NCBI GenBank assembly: GCA_016933055.1
Contig: JAFGBS010000019.1
Coordinates: 150,001 to 182,000 of the forward strand
DNA from: Promethearchaeota archaeon
GTDB taxonomy: Archaea > Asgardarchaeota > Lokiarchaeia > Sigyniarchaeales > Promethearchaeaceae
Reading direction: 5' to 3'
Length of the DNA stretch: 32,000 nt
Position numbers and translations under genes: made by a program. The stretch's first letter is position 1. Each line of letters opens with the position of its first letter. Shown here in pieces: positions 7,524 to 17,106 of the stretch. The notes below the pieces were generated by a model. The model ran no database searches. It was given only the letters and a program-made list of their open reading frames with translations, and was not told where the DNA came from.

Positions 7524-8138
7524 TTATTTCTCAAAATATGCACAGATACGACATTTATTCTTGATAAGAGTAGCTTTTTCTGTGAATTCTCCGCAATCGG
7601 GACATACTACTAAATTTTTATTCATAATATGGCATAAATCGGTCATTTTACCGGAAAAGGGAAGAATTTTGAAAATTTCCTCATCCGGAGCACTATTTAT
7701 TTCATTAACCAATTGATCTAAGGGGGTTTTTTCTTGTTCTTGTTGATACAGCCAATTATAGAAAAATGGATACGATTTTACTTTGTGTGGTTCTATCACA
7801 ACGCGAAACAACTCACCGCTTTCTGTATGTTTATCGTAATTTTTGTGAATTTGGATAGAAAGTTTCCCTACATCATAGGTTTTTGGATAAATACGCCATT
7901 TGTTTTTCTGATTGAGGTATGAGCTGATGGAAAATGCAGCGTCTTGCAGACACCGAACACTCTCGGATACTATTATAACCTTGTCTTGGGGAGTAATTAT
8001 AATTTGATCAAGAGCATATAATATGAGTTTAAATCCCGTTGCTAAGCCGGGACTCATGTGCCCATGAATATCTATCGCTGTTTTAATAATCTCATCCGGT
8101 ATCTTTTTTCGTATTTCTGAGACGGATATCATCATCAC
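7524..8138 (-). CDS. fwdE: Formylmethanofuran dehydrogenase subunit E family protein with C-terminal Zn finger
   Basis: HGHMSPGLATG, RCLQDA, C-terminal CPDCGE...CRIC. GTGA overlap with the fwdB stop. Confidence 0.85.
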   Translation of the reverse strand: MMMISVSEIRKKIPDEIIKTAIDIHGHMSPGLATGFKLILYALDQIIITPQDKVIIVSESVRCLQDAAFSISSYLNQKNKWRIYPKTYDVGKLSIQIHKNYDKHTESGELFRVVIEPHKVKSYPFFYNWLYQQEQEKTPLDQLVNEINSAPDEEIFKILPFSGKMTDLCHIMNKNLVVCPDCGEFTEKATLIKNKCRICAYFEK

Positions 8139-9454
8139 TTTACTCTATCTTCAATGATTTTGGCTAATTTGTCCAACCAATATGCATTAGAGGGCATACA
8201 TCCCTTGGGAGGGTCTATTACTTTCTTCATATGAATCGGTACCGCGTCCATACGATATGAACTTGCTTCAGCTTCAATCCCATCATGTGTTCCCGGTAAA
8301 ATTAAATTCGCTAGCTCGGTGGTGGGTGTAGGATGTATATCACAAGCAATTAATGGGATTTTAGCCATGTGTTCTACGCATTTTTGTGGTAAATGTGCCC
8401 CGGGATCAGCAGCAATGGAAAACATCGCATCAATTTGCCCTTTTTGTAGCATTTCTACAGTACTATATTCGCCTACATTATATCGTGGATATCCTCGGGA
8501 AAAATCTACCGCATAGGGATATCCGGTTACCCAACTTAACACCATATTCAATCCCGTAACATTATAATGACCTCGTAATGGCATAATTGACCACTTACTC
8601 ACTTTATTAAGTAACTGGACCATCTGTATCGCAGCTGCAACATTTTGGGACTTACCCAACGAATGGGTTAATCCTAAACCGAAGAATACGACTCCAAATT
8701 TTGCGTTTTTCATGATTTTGGTTAATTCTTCCAGATCTTCTTTCTTAATCCCACCAATAACATCCTGCTCTAATTTAGTTCCATTAATAAGTGCTCGTAG
8801 TGCTTGAAATACTTCATAATCTTCGCCTAAATTCATTTTATAATACTTATCTGCCACTTTCGCACTATCAGAAAATCGTGGATCTATTACTATGATTGTA
8901 CGATCCACTCTGCCATCTTCCCGGAAAAAACCTCGAGTGAAGGCTGTATATCGACTCATATGTCGTGGGTGCGCATTTAAGGGATTGCATCCCCAATATA
9001 TCACCACATCCGCCCTATTTTTTATATCTCCCAATGTACAACTGGGATACCCTACCATTTGGATGGCTTGAACTGATGGTCCGTGACAGTGAGTAACCTG
9101 TCCATCTATAATCCCATTTGTCATCTCCGCGAGTTTTATTCCTTCTCGAATTGCATCCACACTCGTTTCACTCCAACCAAACCAAAGGGGACGAATTTTA
9201 CCAACCATAATATCTGCTGCCTTTTCAAGAGCTTCTTCCCAAGAGATCTCCTTAAAATCCTCGGTTTTTGACTCTCGCCAAAGAGGGGATGTAAAACGTT
9301 TCGCACCGGGAACGGGAATAAAATTCGCAGTACCTACAGAGCATGCATTATACACGCTGATTATCTTGTTATTTTCCACTTCAACTTCTATATCATCACA
9401 ATTTGAACCACAAAATGGGCAAACAACGTCTTTTATAAGTTCTCTCTTCCCCAT
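8135..9454 (-). CDS. fwdB: Formylmethanofuran dehydrogenase subunit B (Mo/W-pterin), Cys form
   Basis: CPFCGSNCDD...C FeS motif, metal ligand in HCHGPS (TGT codon), ADVVIYWGCNPLNAHPRH, LRGHYNVTG, YRMDAVP. Confidence 0.95.
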   Translation of the reverse strand: MGKRELIKDVVCPFCGSNCDDIEVEVENNKIISVYNACSVGTANFIPVPGAKRFTSPLWRESKTEDFKEISWEEALEKAADIMVGKIRPLWFGWSETSVDAIREGIKLAEMTNGIIDGQVTHCHGPSVQAIQMVGYPSCTLGDIKNRADVVIYWGCNPLNAHPRHMSRYTAFTRGFFREDGRVDRTIIVIDPRFSDSAKVADKYYKMNLGEDYEVFQALRALINGTKLEQDVIGGIKKEDLEELTKIMKNAKFGVVFFGLGLTHSLGKSQNVAAAIQMVQLLNKVSKWSIMPLRGHYNVTGLNMVLSWVTGYPYAVDFSRGYPRYNVGEYSTVEMLQKGQIDAMFSIAADPGAHLPQKCVEHMAKIPLIACDIHPTPTTELANLILPGTHDGIEAEASSYRMDAVPIHMKKVIDPPKGCMPSNAYWLDKLAKIIEDRVK

Positions 9455-9456
9455 AT

Positions 9457-9876
9457 TTATTTCACCTTATTCAGATAATAGTGTTTCATTAATTCGGGCA
9501 TGTTCATTGGTTTTGCATTCGTGGTCACGGATTCAACCCACACTTCAGTATTTTTATACATGGGAGCTCCGGAACTATAAGTCTCGGGTCTGATGAGCGT
9601 ATTCGCCCAAGGCCCTCTCGGCATAAATGCTAGTCCGGGATGAGGAGCATCTGGAGAGATTTGCGCATACACAATTACCTCATTAAGTTCATTGGATACT
9701 TTCACAACAGACATCGGATACAAGTCCAGTTTCTTCAAATCAGAAGGGTCTAAGAAAATTAATCCCGCATTACGAGTATAAATTGGTAAACCTTTTCCTC
9801 CACCTTTTATAATAACACCTTGGTCTATTGTAGCTCCACTGGTTAAATTAAGTTTAATTTTTGACACTGAGATCAC
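9457..9876 (-). CDS. fwdD: Formylmethanofuran dehydrogenase subunit D (molybdopterin dinucleotide-binding)
   Basis: L.SG.TIDQG, LDPSDLKKL, GLAFMPRGPWAN, G.P.YK. Lies 2 nt upstream of fwdB. Confidence 0.9.
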   Translation of the reverse strand: MISVSKIKLNLTSGATIDQGVIIKGGGKGLPIYTRNAGLIFLDPSDLKKLDLYPMSVVKVSNELNEVIVYAQISPDAPHPGLAFMPRGPWANTLIRPETYSSGAPMYKNTEVWVESVTTNAKPMNMPELMKHYYLNKVK

Positions 9877-9993
9877 TTGAGTTTATAATTCTAGTTCAAG
9901 TGGGCGTCAATTTAAAACTCTATTTCTAGATTTTTTGGAAACTTAGAAAACTGGTATTTCATTTAAAACAAAAAAATACAATAGTGAATTCAT

Positions 9994-11532
9994 CTAGTTC
10001 ACTAAACTTTTTCCTTTTACACTCGGATGAGGTTCTTTTCCAAGTAGTTTTACTAACGTGGGTACGATATCCGTAGTTTTACAGTATTCTAGTTTCCTAG
10101 GAGTCAATAGTGTTTCACTGCCACCGATTACTAAAGGAACGTGCATAGATTCACGTAGACCAATATCATGAGAATACACATGATCATTTTTTGTCTCCCC
10201 ATGCTCGTAATTATAACACACTGTCCCTACCGTTGATACCATAATATCACATGAACGTGGGTTAATGAAATACCTCATTAATTGATCGGGAATCATGGGA
10301 AAATCTACCGAATATGTATACTTTAACCATTCTTCTATCGTATGAAAATTTCCATCTAGCAGTTTCGACGCGTTGGAATCCTCAGAATATCGATATACAT
10401 CCATATCTTCAAAACTGTATCTCGTTGTATCCCCATTATAATCAATTTGTGCATTGTGGATATTTCCATTCTCATCTTTCATACGGATATGAATAGTGCC
10501 ATTCTCGGGGGTATTTTTGTTTCCCCGATAGTAGACATATTTTACTCCCTCAATCTCAAACATCATCTCAATTAAATTGATCTCCTCTTGGCTATTAGTA
10601 GGTTTAAAATGCTTCAATTCATCCAATGTTGGATGTAGTTTCCAATTTTTATTTGTTCCTGGAAAATTGAAGAATCCTACTGATCCAAAAGAACAATCAA
10701 AGTCCCCCTTTCCCGTTTTTTTGCTGAAAGGAACCAGCCCTTTACTTTTTATAAACGGTTCTAAATCCTTGGCTTTTTCTGCTTTATAATTACCATGATC
10801 ACTAGTAAAAACGATAATTGTATCATCATAAATTCCTAATTTTTGTAATGCATCAATAACTTTTCCCACTTCTACATCTAAATCTAATACTGATTGTAAA
10901 TATCGTTCGGAATCGAACCCATACTCATGCATAAGGGAATCGGTGAGAAAATAAAGGGCAGTGACGGCTTTGGGTAATTTTGAATTTCCAAAAAATCGTT
11001 TAGGGTTTTTGAACACATCGATCAGACGCTTTGTTACAATTTTATGAGAGTTTTCTGGTTTTTTCGATAACACGATAGCAAATAAGAAAAAAATTGCTGC
11101 GATGAACTTATTGGGAGGAAATACTTTTGTAACTCCTCTAGAGCAATATTGAACAATTGAATAGGAATTTCCCTCTCCAATTTGTTCAAACAGAGTTTTT
11201 ACTTTATCTTCGATCTCATGAGTTTGTCGTAATGCATGTAATGCACTATAATGCCGGTATTGTGGGGGATTTGCTTCCCGATCAAACCAATGATATACAG
11301 GAATACCACTTCCCGATTTTGGATAATATCCACTATAAGCTCCAGTCATTAAATTTGGTTGGGTGGGTAATGTAATTGAAGGATAAGATGTTACGCATTT
11401 ATCGCAAATGATACCTTTATCTCCCAATAGTTTCAAATTAGGAAGTTTTCCCTCATTATAAAGTCTCGAGAATAATCTTCCACTCACATCATCTGCAACC
11501 AGTAAAATCACATGTTTTGCAACTTTGTCCAT
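9994..11532 (-). CDS. Alkaline-phosphatase superfamily, nucleotide pyrophosphatase/phosphodiesterase (NPP) type
   Basis: LLVADD, YPSITLP (Thr nucleophile), TDSLMH, TSDHG, C-terminal HD..L..SMHVPL. Confidence 0.88.
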   Translation of the reverse strand: MDKVAKHVILLVADDVSGRLFSRLYNEGKLPNLKLLGDKGIICDKCVTSYPSITLPTQPNLMTGAYSGYYPKSGSGIPVYHWFDREANPPQYRHYSALHALRQTHEIEDKVKTLFEQIGEGNSYSIVQYCSRGVTKVFPPNKFIAAIFFLFAIVLSKKPENSHKIVTKRLIDVFKNPKRFFGNSKLPKAVTALYFLTDSLMHEYGFDSERYLQSVLDLDVEVGKVIDALQKLGIYDDTIIVFTSDHGNYKAEKAKDLEPFIKSKGLVPFSKKTGKGDFDCSFGSVGFFNFPGTNKNWKLHPTLDELKHFKPTNSQEEINLIEMMFEIEGVKYVYYRGNKNTPENGTIHIRMKDENGNIHNAQIDYNGDTTRYSFEDMDVYRYSEDSNASKLLDGNFHTIEEWLKYTYSVDFPMIPDQLMRYFINPRSCDIMVSTVGTVCYNYEHGETKNDHVYSHDIGLRESMHVPLVIGGSETLLTPRKLEYCKTTDIVPTLVKLLGKEPHPSVKGKSLVN

Positions 11533-13982
11533 ATATCACGACTAGTGCATTTTATTTTTAAATTATCCTTATGGATATTCCAAAATTTTTTTACTCTCTG
11601 AGGAAGATCTTCGGGAGTTTCAATATCCCAATCCTTAGGCAGCACACTACGATAATAATTTGTGTGAAAGCGTTGTCCAATGAGTACTACAAATCCCCTA
11701 TCCGTTTCAGACCGAAAAATTCTACCCGCAGCTTGGATTACACGAGTTAATCCCGGATTCCGATATGCAAATTCAAATCCTCGATAATACTGCTTTTGGA
11801 AGTATTCTTTAATGAGTTCTTGTTCAAAGCAATATTGGGGCAATCCTGGACTGATTATGAATACACCAATAGCCATATCTCCCGGATAATCCACACCTTC
11901 ACTAAAAATACCACCGTGAACTCCTAAAAGTAGATATGATGTGGTTTGGGATCGTAGCTGGGATAGTATTTGCCTTCTTGCTTTTTCACTCATGCGTCTT
12001 TGTTGCACAATGACTTCGTTGGATGACGGTAACTCCTGCAATTCTTTCAACACGCTGTATAAATAATGGAAACTCGGAAAAAATACCAAATAATTTCCCG
12101 ATTGGCATCGAATCGAATCGTGGATAAGTTGGGCTATTGTATGATAGGATGATTCCCTTTGCATGTAGCGAGTAGAAACATAAGGAAAATCCATATATAA
12201 TCGGTTTTCAAGGGGAAATGGGCTGGAATATTGCAAAATTTTTGTATCTTCGGGTAAACCCAGCATTTCTTTATAATATCCAACAGGATACAACGTAGCA
12301 GATTGCACAATTACGCTATGAAAACCTTTCATCTGTGTTTTCAAAAAATTCGCAGCGGATTTACAGTAGATTTTAATTCTCCCTTCTTGGGGGTAGATTA
12401 AAGGCTCGAATTCATCCAGATGCGTTTGTTCCAAGATTTGAAGGAAAAAATGAAGTTGTTTGACGAAAATAGTAAACAAATCCCCTGCTAAAGGTTCCAT
12501 TTCGTAGTTTTGCACAAAATTACCTAAGTAAGAAACAAGTAGATTTTCAAATTCATCTAAAAATTTTGAGAAGTCGTTGAGATCCAGTGGCACCTTAGTG
12601 ACTCTTAATAAGGGATTTTCTAGTGAAGATTTAATGGTTTGAATGTATTTCATCAGATCTTGAAGTTTAGCAACTATTTCAGTTCTCAAATCTGCTGAAA
12701 TTGCTTGATTTTGAATATATCCAACTAATTCAGTTAAAAATTCTTCTGAAATCTCTGGAGAATAATATTCTCGTGCACGCTCGGGTAGGTTATGCGCCTC
12801 ATCAATAATGCATATACAATCCTTGTACTTTCCTTTGAAAAATCGCTGTAATTTAATAATCGGACTAAATACATAATTATAATCCCCCACAATTACGTCA
12901 CAAAATAATGAGCAATCTAATGCGAGTTCAAATGGACAAATTTTGTGTTCTTTTGCCTTTTTTTTGACATATTTAGAATTAATTACTTTATTTTTTAGAA
13001 TAGACTTCAAAATGTCTTCATAATTTGCGGGATAAGACTGAGCGTATTTACATAACGCAGGATCGCATGCGTAGGTAGTATTTAAGCACATTTTTTCCTT
13101 TGCAGTTAAAATTATCGAGTTGAATTTTCCTTTATTCCGAGCAAACAACCTCAAGGTATCTTCATAAATTTTCTGTTGAGTTGTTTTCGAGGTAACCACA
13201 AATAATCGCTTATTTTCATCAATTGTATACCGTAAGGCGGGAAATAGCGTTCCTACTGTTTTTCCAAGTCCTGAGGGTGCCAATAGCATGAGATTCCCGT
13301 GATCATTTAACACATTCTCACATATATGAATGATTTCATCTTGATGCGGTCGAATTGTTTCAAATGGAAAATTTATTGAGTGTGCTCGTTGTTGTTGCTT
13401 TTTTTCATGTTTTTTTGTCTCTGAAATAGTAGTGAGTACATTTTTGCATTTTTCGTCTAAGATTTCATAGATATTTTTAAATTGGATGGAGTGGATTGTT
13501 TCTTCTTGGGAAAACACATCAATTACTACCAACTTACATTGTATTTTTTTATCAGGGTAAGTTTCTTTGAAATAATGGGCATAAAAAAGAAGCTGCAGTT
13601 GATATAATTGTCCTGCTTCAGAATTTAAAGTAAAATCTTTCAGATTATTCACTGATTTAATTTCTTCTACTGTGATTACATTACCCGAGATCTGAACAAG
13701 GTCGGTCCTTCCAGTTATAACAAATTTCCATCTGCCAATCTTCCGAAGTATATTCACTCGATATTCGGATTTCACCGAAACTCTGGTATTTTTTGTTTGG
13801 GTTTTTGCTAAGTTCTGATAATCAGAATGAATTTCCATTCCTTTATTCGTTCGTAAGTAGAATGGTAAACTGGAGGAACTAAAATTCGAAGATTGAGGGT
13901 AAATGAGTTCCCGAATGGAAATTTTGATTTGATGATTTATAGAATCAATTTTCAACCTATCCACACCACGATATTTATTCAC
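11508..13982 (-). CDS. XPD/Rad3/DinG-family FeS helicase with N-terminal PD-(D/E)XK nuclease domain
   Basis: Nuclease: H, GRTD, EEIKS, QLQL..Y. Helicase: RPHQ, APSGLGKT, four FeS Cys (KMCLNTTYACDPALC...CPFE), IDEAHN, SATL, SEGVDYPG, QAAGRIFR. GTG start at 13982 or 13964. Confidence 0.92.
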   Translation of the reverse strand: MNKYRGVDRLKIDSINHQIKISIRELIYPQSSNFSSSSLPFYLRTNKGMEIHSDYQNLAKTQTKNTRVSVKSEYRVNILRKIGRWKFVITGRTDLVQISGNVITVEEIKSVNNLKDFTLNSEAGQLYQLQLLFYAHYFKETYPDKKIQCKLVVIDVFSQEETIHSIQFKNIYEILDEKCKNVLTTISETKKHEKKQQQRAHSINFPFETIRPHQDEIIHICENVLNDHGNLMLLAPSGLGKTVGTLFPALRYTIDENKRLFVVTSKTTQQKIYEDTLRLFARNKGKFNSIILTAKEKMCLNTTYACDPALCKYAQSYPANYEDILKSILKNKVINSKYVKKKAKEHKICPFELALDCSLFCDVIVGDYNYVFSPIIKLQRFFKGKYKDCICIIDEAHNLPERAREYYSPEISEEFLTELVGYIQNQAISADLRTEIVAKLQDLMKYIQTIKSSLENPLLRVTKVPLDLNDFSKFLDEFENLLVSYLGNFVQNYEMEPLAGDLFTIFVKQLHFFLQILEQTHLDEFEPLIYPQEGRIKIYCKSAANFLKTQMKGFHSVIVQSATLYPVGYYKEMLGLPEDTKILQYSSPFPLENRLYMDFPYVSTRYMQRESSYHTIAQLIHDSIRCQSGNYLVFFPSFHYLYSVLKELQELPSSNEVIVQQRRMSEKARRQILSQLRSQTTSYLLLGVHGGIFSEGVDYPGDMAIGVFIISPGLPQYCFEQELIKEYFQKQYYRGFEFAYRNPGLTRVIQAAGRIFRSETDRGFVVLIGQRFHTNYYRSVLPKDWDIETPEDLPQRVKKFWNIHKDNLKIKCTSRDIWTKLQNM

Positions 13983-14066
13983 TTGGTAGGATTGGTTAAA
14001 AACGGGACATGAATTTAGGAATTAATATGATCTAAAAGATGACTGTCGGAAAAATCGATTTGATAA

Positions 14067-14139
14067 AGCTCCCGGAGGGATTCGAACCCTCGACCTGCTG
14101 ATTACAAGTCAGCTGCTATAGCCGCTAAGCCACGGAAGC
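14067..14139 (-). tRNA. trnT: tRNA-Thr(TGT), intronless
   Basis: GCTTCCG TG GCTT AGCGGCTA TAGC A GCTGA CTTGTAA TCAGC AGGTC GAGGG TTCGAAT CCCTC CGGGAGC T. 73 nt, anticodon TGT, U73 discriminator as in archaeal tRNA-Thr. TTAAAA lies ~31 nt upstream. Confidence 0.95.
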
Positions 14140-14300
14140 AAAAGATATTGATTCTTTCGTACCAGAACCTTTTAAGTAAGAAAACACAATTCGCCCAAAT
14201 TAATAATCTTTACTCAAACTGTGTTTTATAAGGTAATGATTTTAATAGGCGATTGAAATATTTGATGATGCTGAGTAAATCTTCAGAGTTTTGAAGGAAG

Positions 14301-15638
14301 ATGAAACGAATTATCACGTTGGATTTTTTAAGAGGGTTAAGTTTAATGTGTATGATTGCTTTTCACGTAATCACTCACCTCCTTGATAAAAGTGCTCGTC
14401 AAAGCTTAGAGGATTTGCACTGGTCTATCATATTTTTAGGATTTCTCTTTATGCTAACTGCATCTTTTCGATCGTTTTTTCTAATGATCAGTGCGGTAGT
14501 CAATACTGTCTCAATGCAGTATAATTTACTGTCCGGTCAAAAACCCGGGATAGTATGGAAAAAACAACTAATCAGTGGCTCTATAACCTATGTAGCGGGA
14601 TTACTTGCAGAAGGAATTTTCAGTCATAATGCTTTTATCCCTATATCAATTGAATCTCAGACACTATCACCTGAATTTTTAACTCGCTCTCTCCATTGTG
14701 AGACCCTGATGGTGATTGGCTTATCTATGATCATCATCAGCACAATTCATTTTTTTTTGAGTATAAATAAGGGATATTTACGATACAAACGTAATTTTGT
14801 TGTATATGTCATTTTGGGATTGATGACACTTTTTCTTACCCCTTATATTAGACAGATTTATTCTTTACCTTATGTGGGGGTTGATCCGGGGGATGGATAT
14901 TATGAAGTGAGTAATGTTGGCGAATTCTTTAAAAATTTGGGGCTATCTCCGATATTTGGCATTCCACAACCTTTATTCCCCTTTTTTGCAACTGCATGCA
15001 TTGGAACTAGTTTCGCAATATATCTTACTAACACGGACAAATTACTTTATCCGATACGTATAATCCAAATTGGGAAAATTGTTGCTGCAATAATGATATT
15101 GACCGGGACTTCAATTGTATTGACACGACTGGATGAAATTTATCTTATGTTTGAGCAGCAATTTGATGTGCATCCTTTATGGTTCTGGTTGATGACCAAT
15201 GGATTTCAGCTTATAATTATTGTTTGGTTTTTGGGAATGAATGAGTTCAATAGGAAAAAAACAGGTAAAAACTATCTAAAACACACACTTTTACTCCGTA
15301 GATGGGGCATATTATCCATGTCAATATTTCTCTGGCAAGCATATCCTGAACTTCTATTACGTTATTTGGGAACTTGGATTACTCCCTACGATTTCATCAC
15401 CCGACATTCCACTCCCGCAATACCCATGCTTATTTTAATGCTGACGACAACTGCTATTTGGGATGGAATTATTCGGTTATGGGAAAAAATTCAATTCAAA
15501 GGATCTCTGGAGTGGATTATGCAAATTATAAAAAAGGGAAAACGCCAAGTGGATGTACAAGGAATATTATATGAGGTAGAACCCATTCGATTTGTAGCAC
15601 AACCACTCCCAGCGAAGAAGCTAACTGCAAAGATATAA
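14301..15638 (+). CDS. Polytopic membrane protein, DUF1624/HGSNAT-like acyltransferase family
   Basis: N-terminal RIITLDFLRGL...M...H, about 10-11 hydrophobic segments, PLFPF, C-terminal GSLEW. Confidence 0.7.
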   Translation: MKRIITLDFLRGLSLMCMIAFHVITHLLDKSARQSLEDLHWSIIFLGFLFMLTASFRSFFLMISAVVNTVSMQYNLLSGQKPGIVWKKQLISGSITYVAGLLAEGIFSHNAFIPISIESQTLSPEFLTRSLHCETLMVIGLSMIIISTIHFFLSINKGYLRYKRNFVVYVILGLMTLFLTPYIRQIYSLPYVGVDPGDGYYEVSNVGEFFKNLGLSPIFGIPQPLFPFFATACIGTSFAIYLTNTDKLLYPIRIIQIGKIVAAIMILTGTSIVLTRLDEIYLMFEQQFDVHPLWFWLMTNGFQLIIIVWFLGMNEFNRKKTGKNYLKHTLLLRRWGILSMSIFLWQAYPELLLRYLGTWITPYDFITRHSTPAIPMLILMLTTTAIWDGIIRLWEKIQFKGSLEWIMQIIKKGKRQVDVQGILYEVEPIRFVAQPLPAKKLTAKI

Positions 15639-15822
15639 TTCAAAAAACTCAGGAGTACTCGAAACATGTGGAATTCAATGGTTCTTATGAATGGTTCATT
15701 TCCAATATCATTGTCGAAAAAACCAATTAAAAACCTCTGAAAAAAAACCAGATGCGAATGAAAAATTTATTATCTCATCCCAAGGGATTATTTATGGATA
15801 AATTCAATGGTGAAATAGGGTA

Positions 15823-17058
15823 ATGAAGATGAAAGGTATCTATTTTGATCTAAAAATGTGGAAAATTATTTTAAGTAAACTACGACTTGCACCCAAATTT
15901 CTTACCATCAATTATAAGGATAACTGGGCAATTCCAAAAATCACACATAATAGTCACGTACTAGTAAAAACTCTCAATGCGGGAATCTGCGGATCGGATA
16001 TCCATCAAATAGATCTTGATATGTCGTATTATGCAAGTGTGTTATCCAGTCCCTTAAATCCTTCACCAATAGGGCATGAAGTTGTGGGTATAGTAGAGAA
16101 AACAAGCAAAAATTCTTCTTTAAAAAAAGGAGATAGAGTTGTGTTAAATCCAACTGCACATTGCGCATCTTATGGTTTTACTCCTTGTCCCAGTTGCCAA
16201 AAGGGGGACTGGCAGCATTGCTACACACTAGTGGGGACTGGAGATAATTCTGAACGAGAATCATCTTTTAAACCCTTTAAAGGGCAAATTTATGGAGGGT
16301 TCACTGAATATTTTCTTGCTTTTGAAAAGAATTTGTACAAAGTTCCCGAAAATGTCCCAAATTATGTAGCAGTATTGACAGAACCCTTTACAGTTGCATT
16401 GCATGCAGTTATGCGCAATAAACCCTCAGATACGGATTCAATAATTATAATAGGAGCAGGAACCATTGGATTGATGACCATTGTTGCTATTAGAACCTTA
16501 GGTATTAAGTCTAAAATTACCTCAATTGCTCGATACTCTCATCAAGCAGAACTTGCAAAACAACTAGGTGCGGATACTGTATTGACAAGTTCAGGGGATA
16601 AAGAAAAATTGTACATAACTATTGCGGATATGCATAATTCATTACTAGTTACTCCCTTAATGCGTAAATCTTATCTATATGGAACGAGGGGTCCAGATAT
16701 AATATTTGATTCTGTTGGATCTCAGACTACAATAAACGATGCATTCCATTTGATTCGTTCGGGTGGAACCATAATTGTAATGGGGATGGGGTATTCTATC
16801 ACAAAAAATGTAGATTGGGCGATCCAAATATATAAGGAAGTTACACTAACAGGGACTTTCCTCCAAAGTATAGGTGAGGTCGATGGAAAAGTAGTAGACC
16901 CCTATGAATTAGCCCTTGATTTCATGGCGAATCATGGAACTCTGTTTGAACAATTTGTAACTCACCGCTACCCTATAGATGAATATAAAAAAGCATTTGC
17001 AACGCTGGAGGATAAGGCACGTACTCAAGCAATTAAGGTGATTTTCGATTACACTTAG
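15823..17058 (+). CDS. Zn-dependent medium-chain dehydrogenase (sorbitol/threonine dehydrogenase-like)
   Basis: GICGSD, GHEVVG, structural-Zn Cys cluster (C...CPSC...C), LTEP, GAGTIG Rossmann motif. Confidence 0.92.
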   Translation: MKMKGIYFDLKMWKIILSKLRLAPKFLTINYKDNWAIPKITHNSHVLVKTLNAGICGSDIHQIDLDMSYYASVLSSPLNPSPIGHEVVGIVEKTSKNSSLKKGDRVVLNPTAHCASYGFTPCPSCQKGDWQHCYTLVGTGDNSERESSFKPFKGQIYGGFTEYFLAFEKNLYKVPENVPNYVAVLTEPFTVALHAVMRNKPSDTDSIIIIGAGTIGLMTIVAIRTLGIKSKITSIARYSHQAELAKQLGADTVLTSSGDKEKLYITIADMHNSLLVTPLMRKSYLYGTRGPDIIFDSVGSQTTINDAFHLIRSGGTIIVMGMGYSITKNVDWAIQIYKEVTLTGTFLQSIGEVDGKVVDPYELALDFMANHGTLFEQFVTHRYPIDEYKKAFATLEDKARTQAIKVIFDYT

Positions 17059-17106
17059 ACAATTTCATAACTTTCTGAGTTATCGAGTAAAAGAATAAAG
17101 TAATAA

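Noticed and set aside
9075-9095. Possible selenocysteine in FwdB
   Set aside because: The metal-ligand codon in HCHGPS is TGT (Cys) and the frame has no internal TGA.
11508-13982. Cas4/CasDinG as part of a CRISPR system
   Set aside because: No repeat-spacer array or other cas genes in the window; the helicase keeps a full XPD-like FeS cluster and sits among housekeeping genes.
3592-14139. Integrated island between or next to the two tRNAs
   Set aside because: No integrase or transposase and no duplicated tRNA 3' end (att site) seen; intervening genes include core metabolism (fwd).
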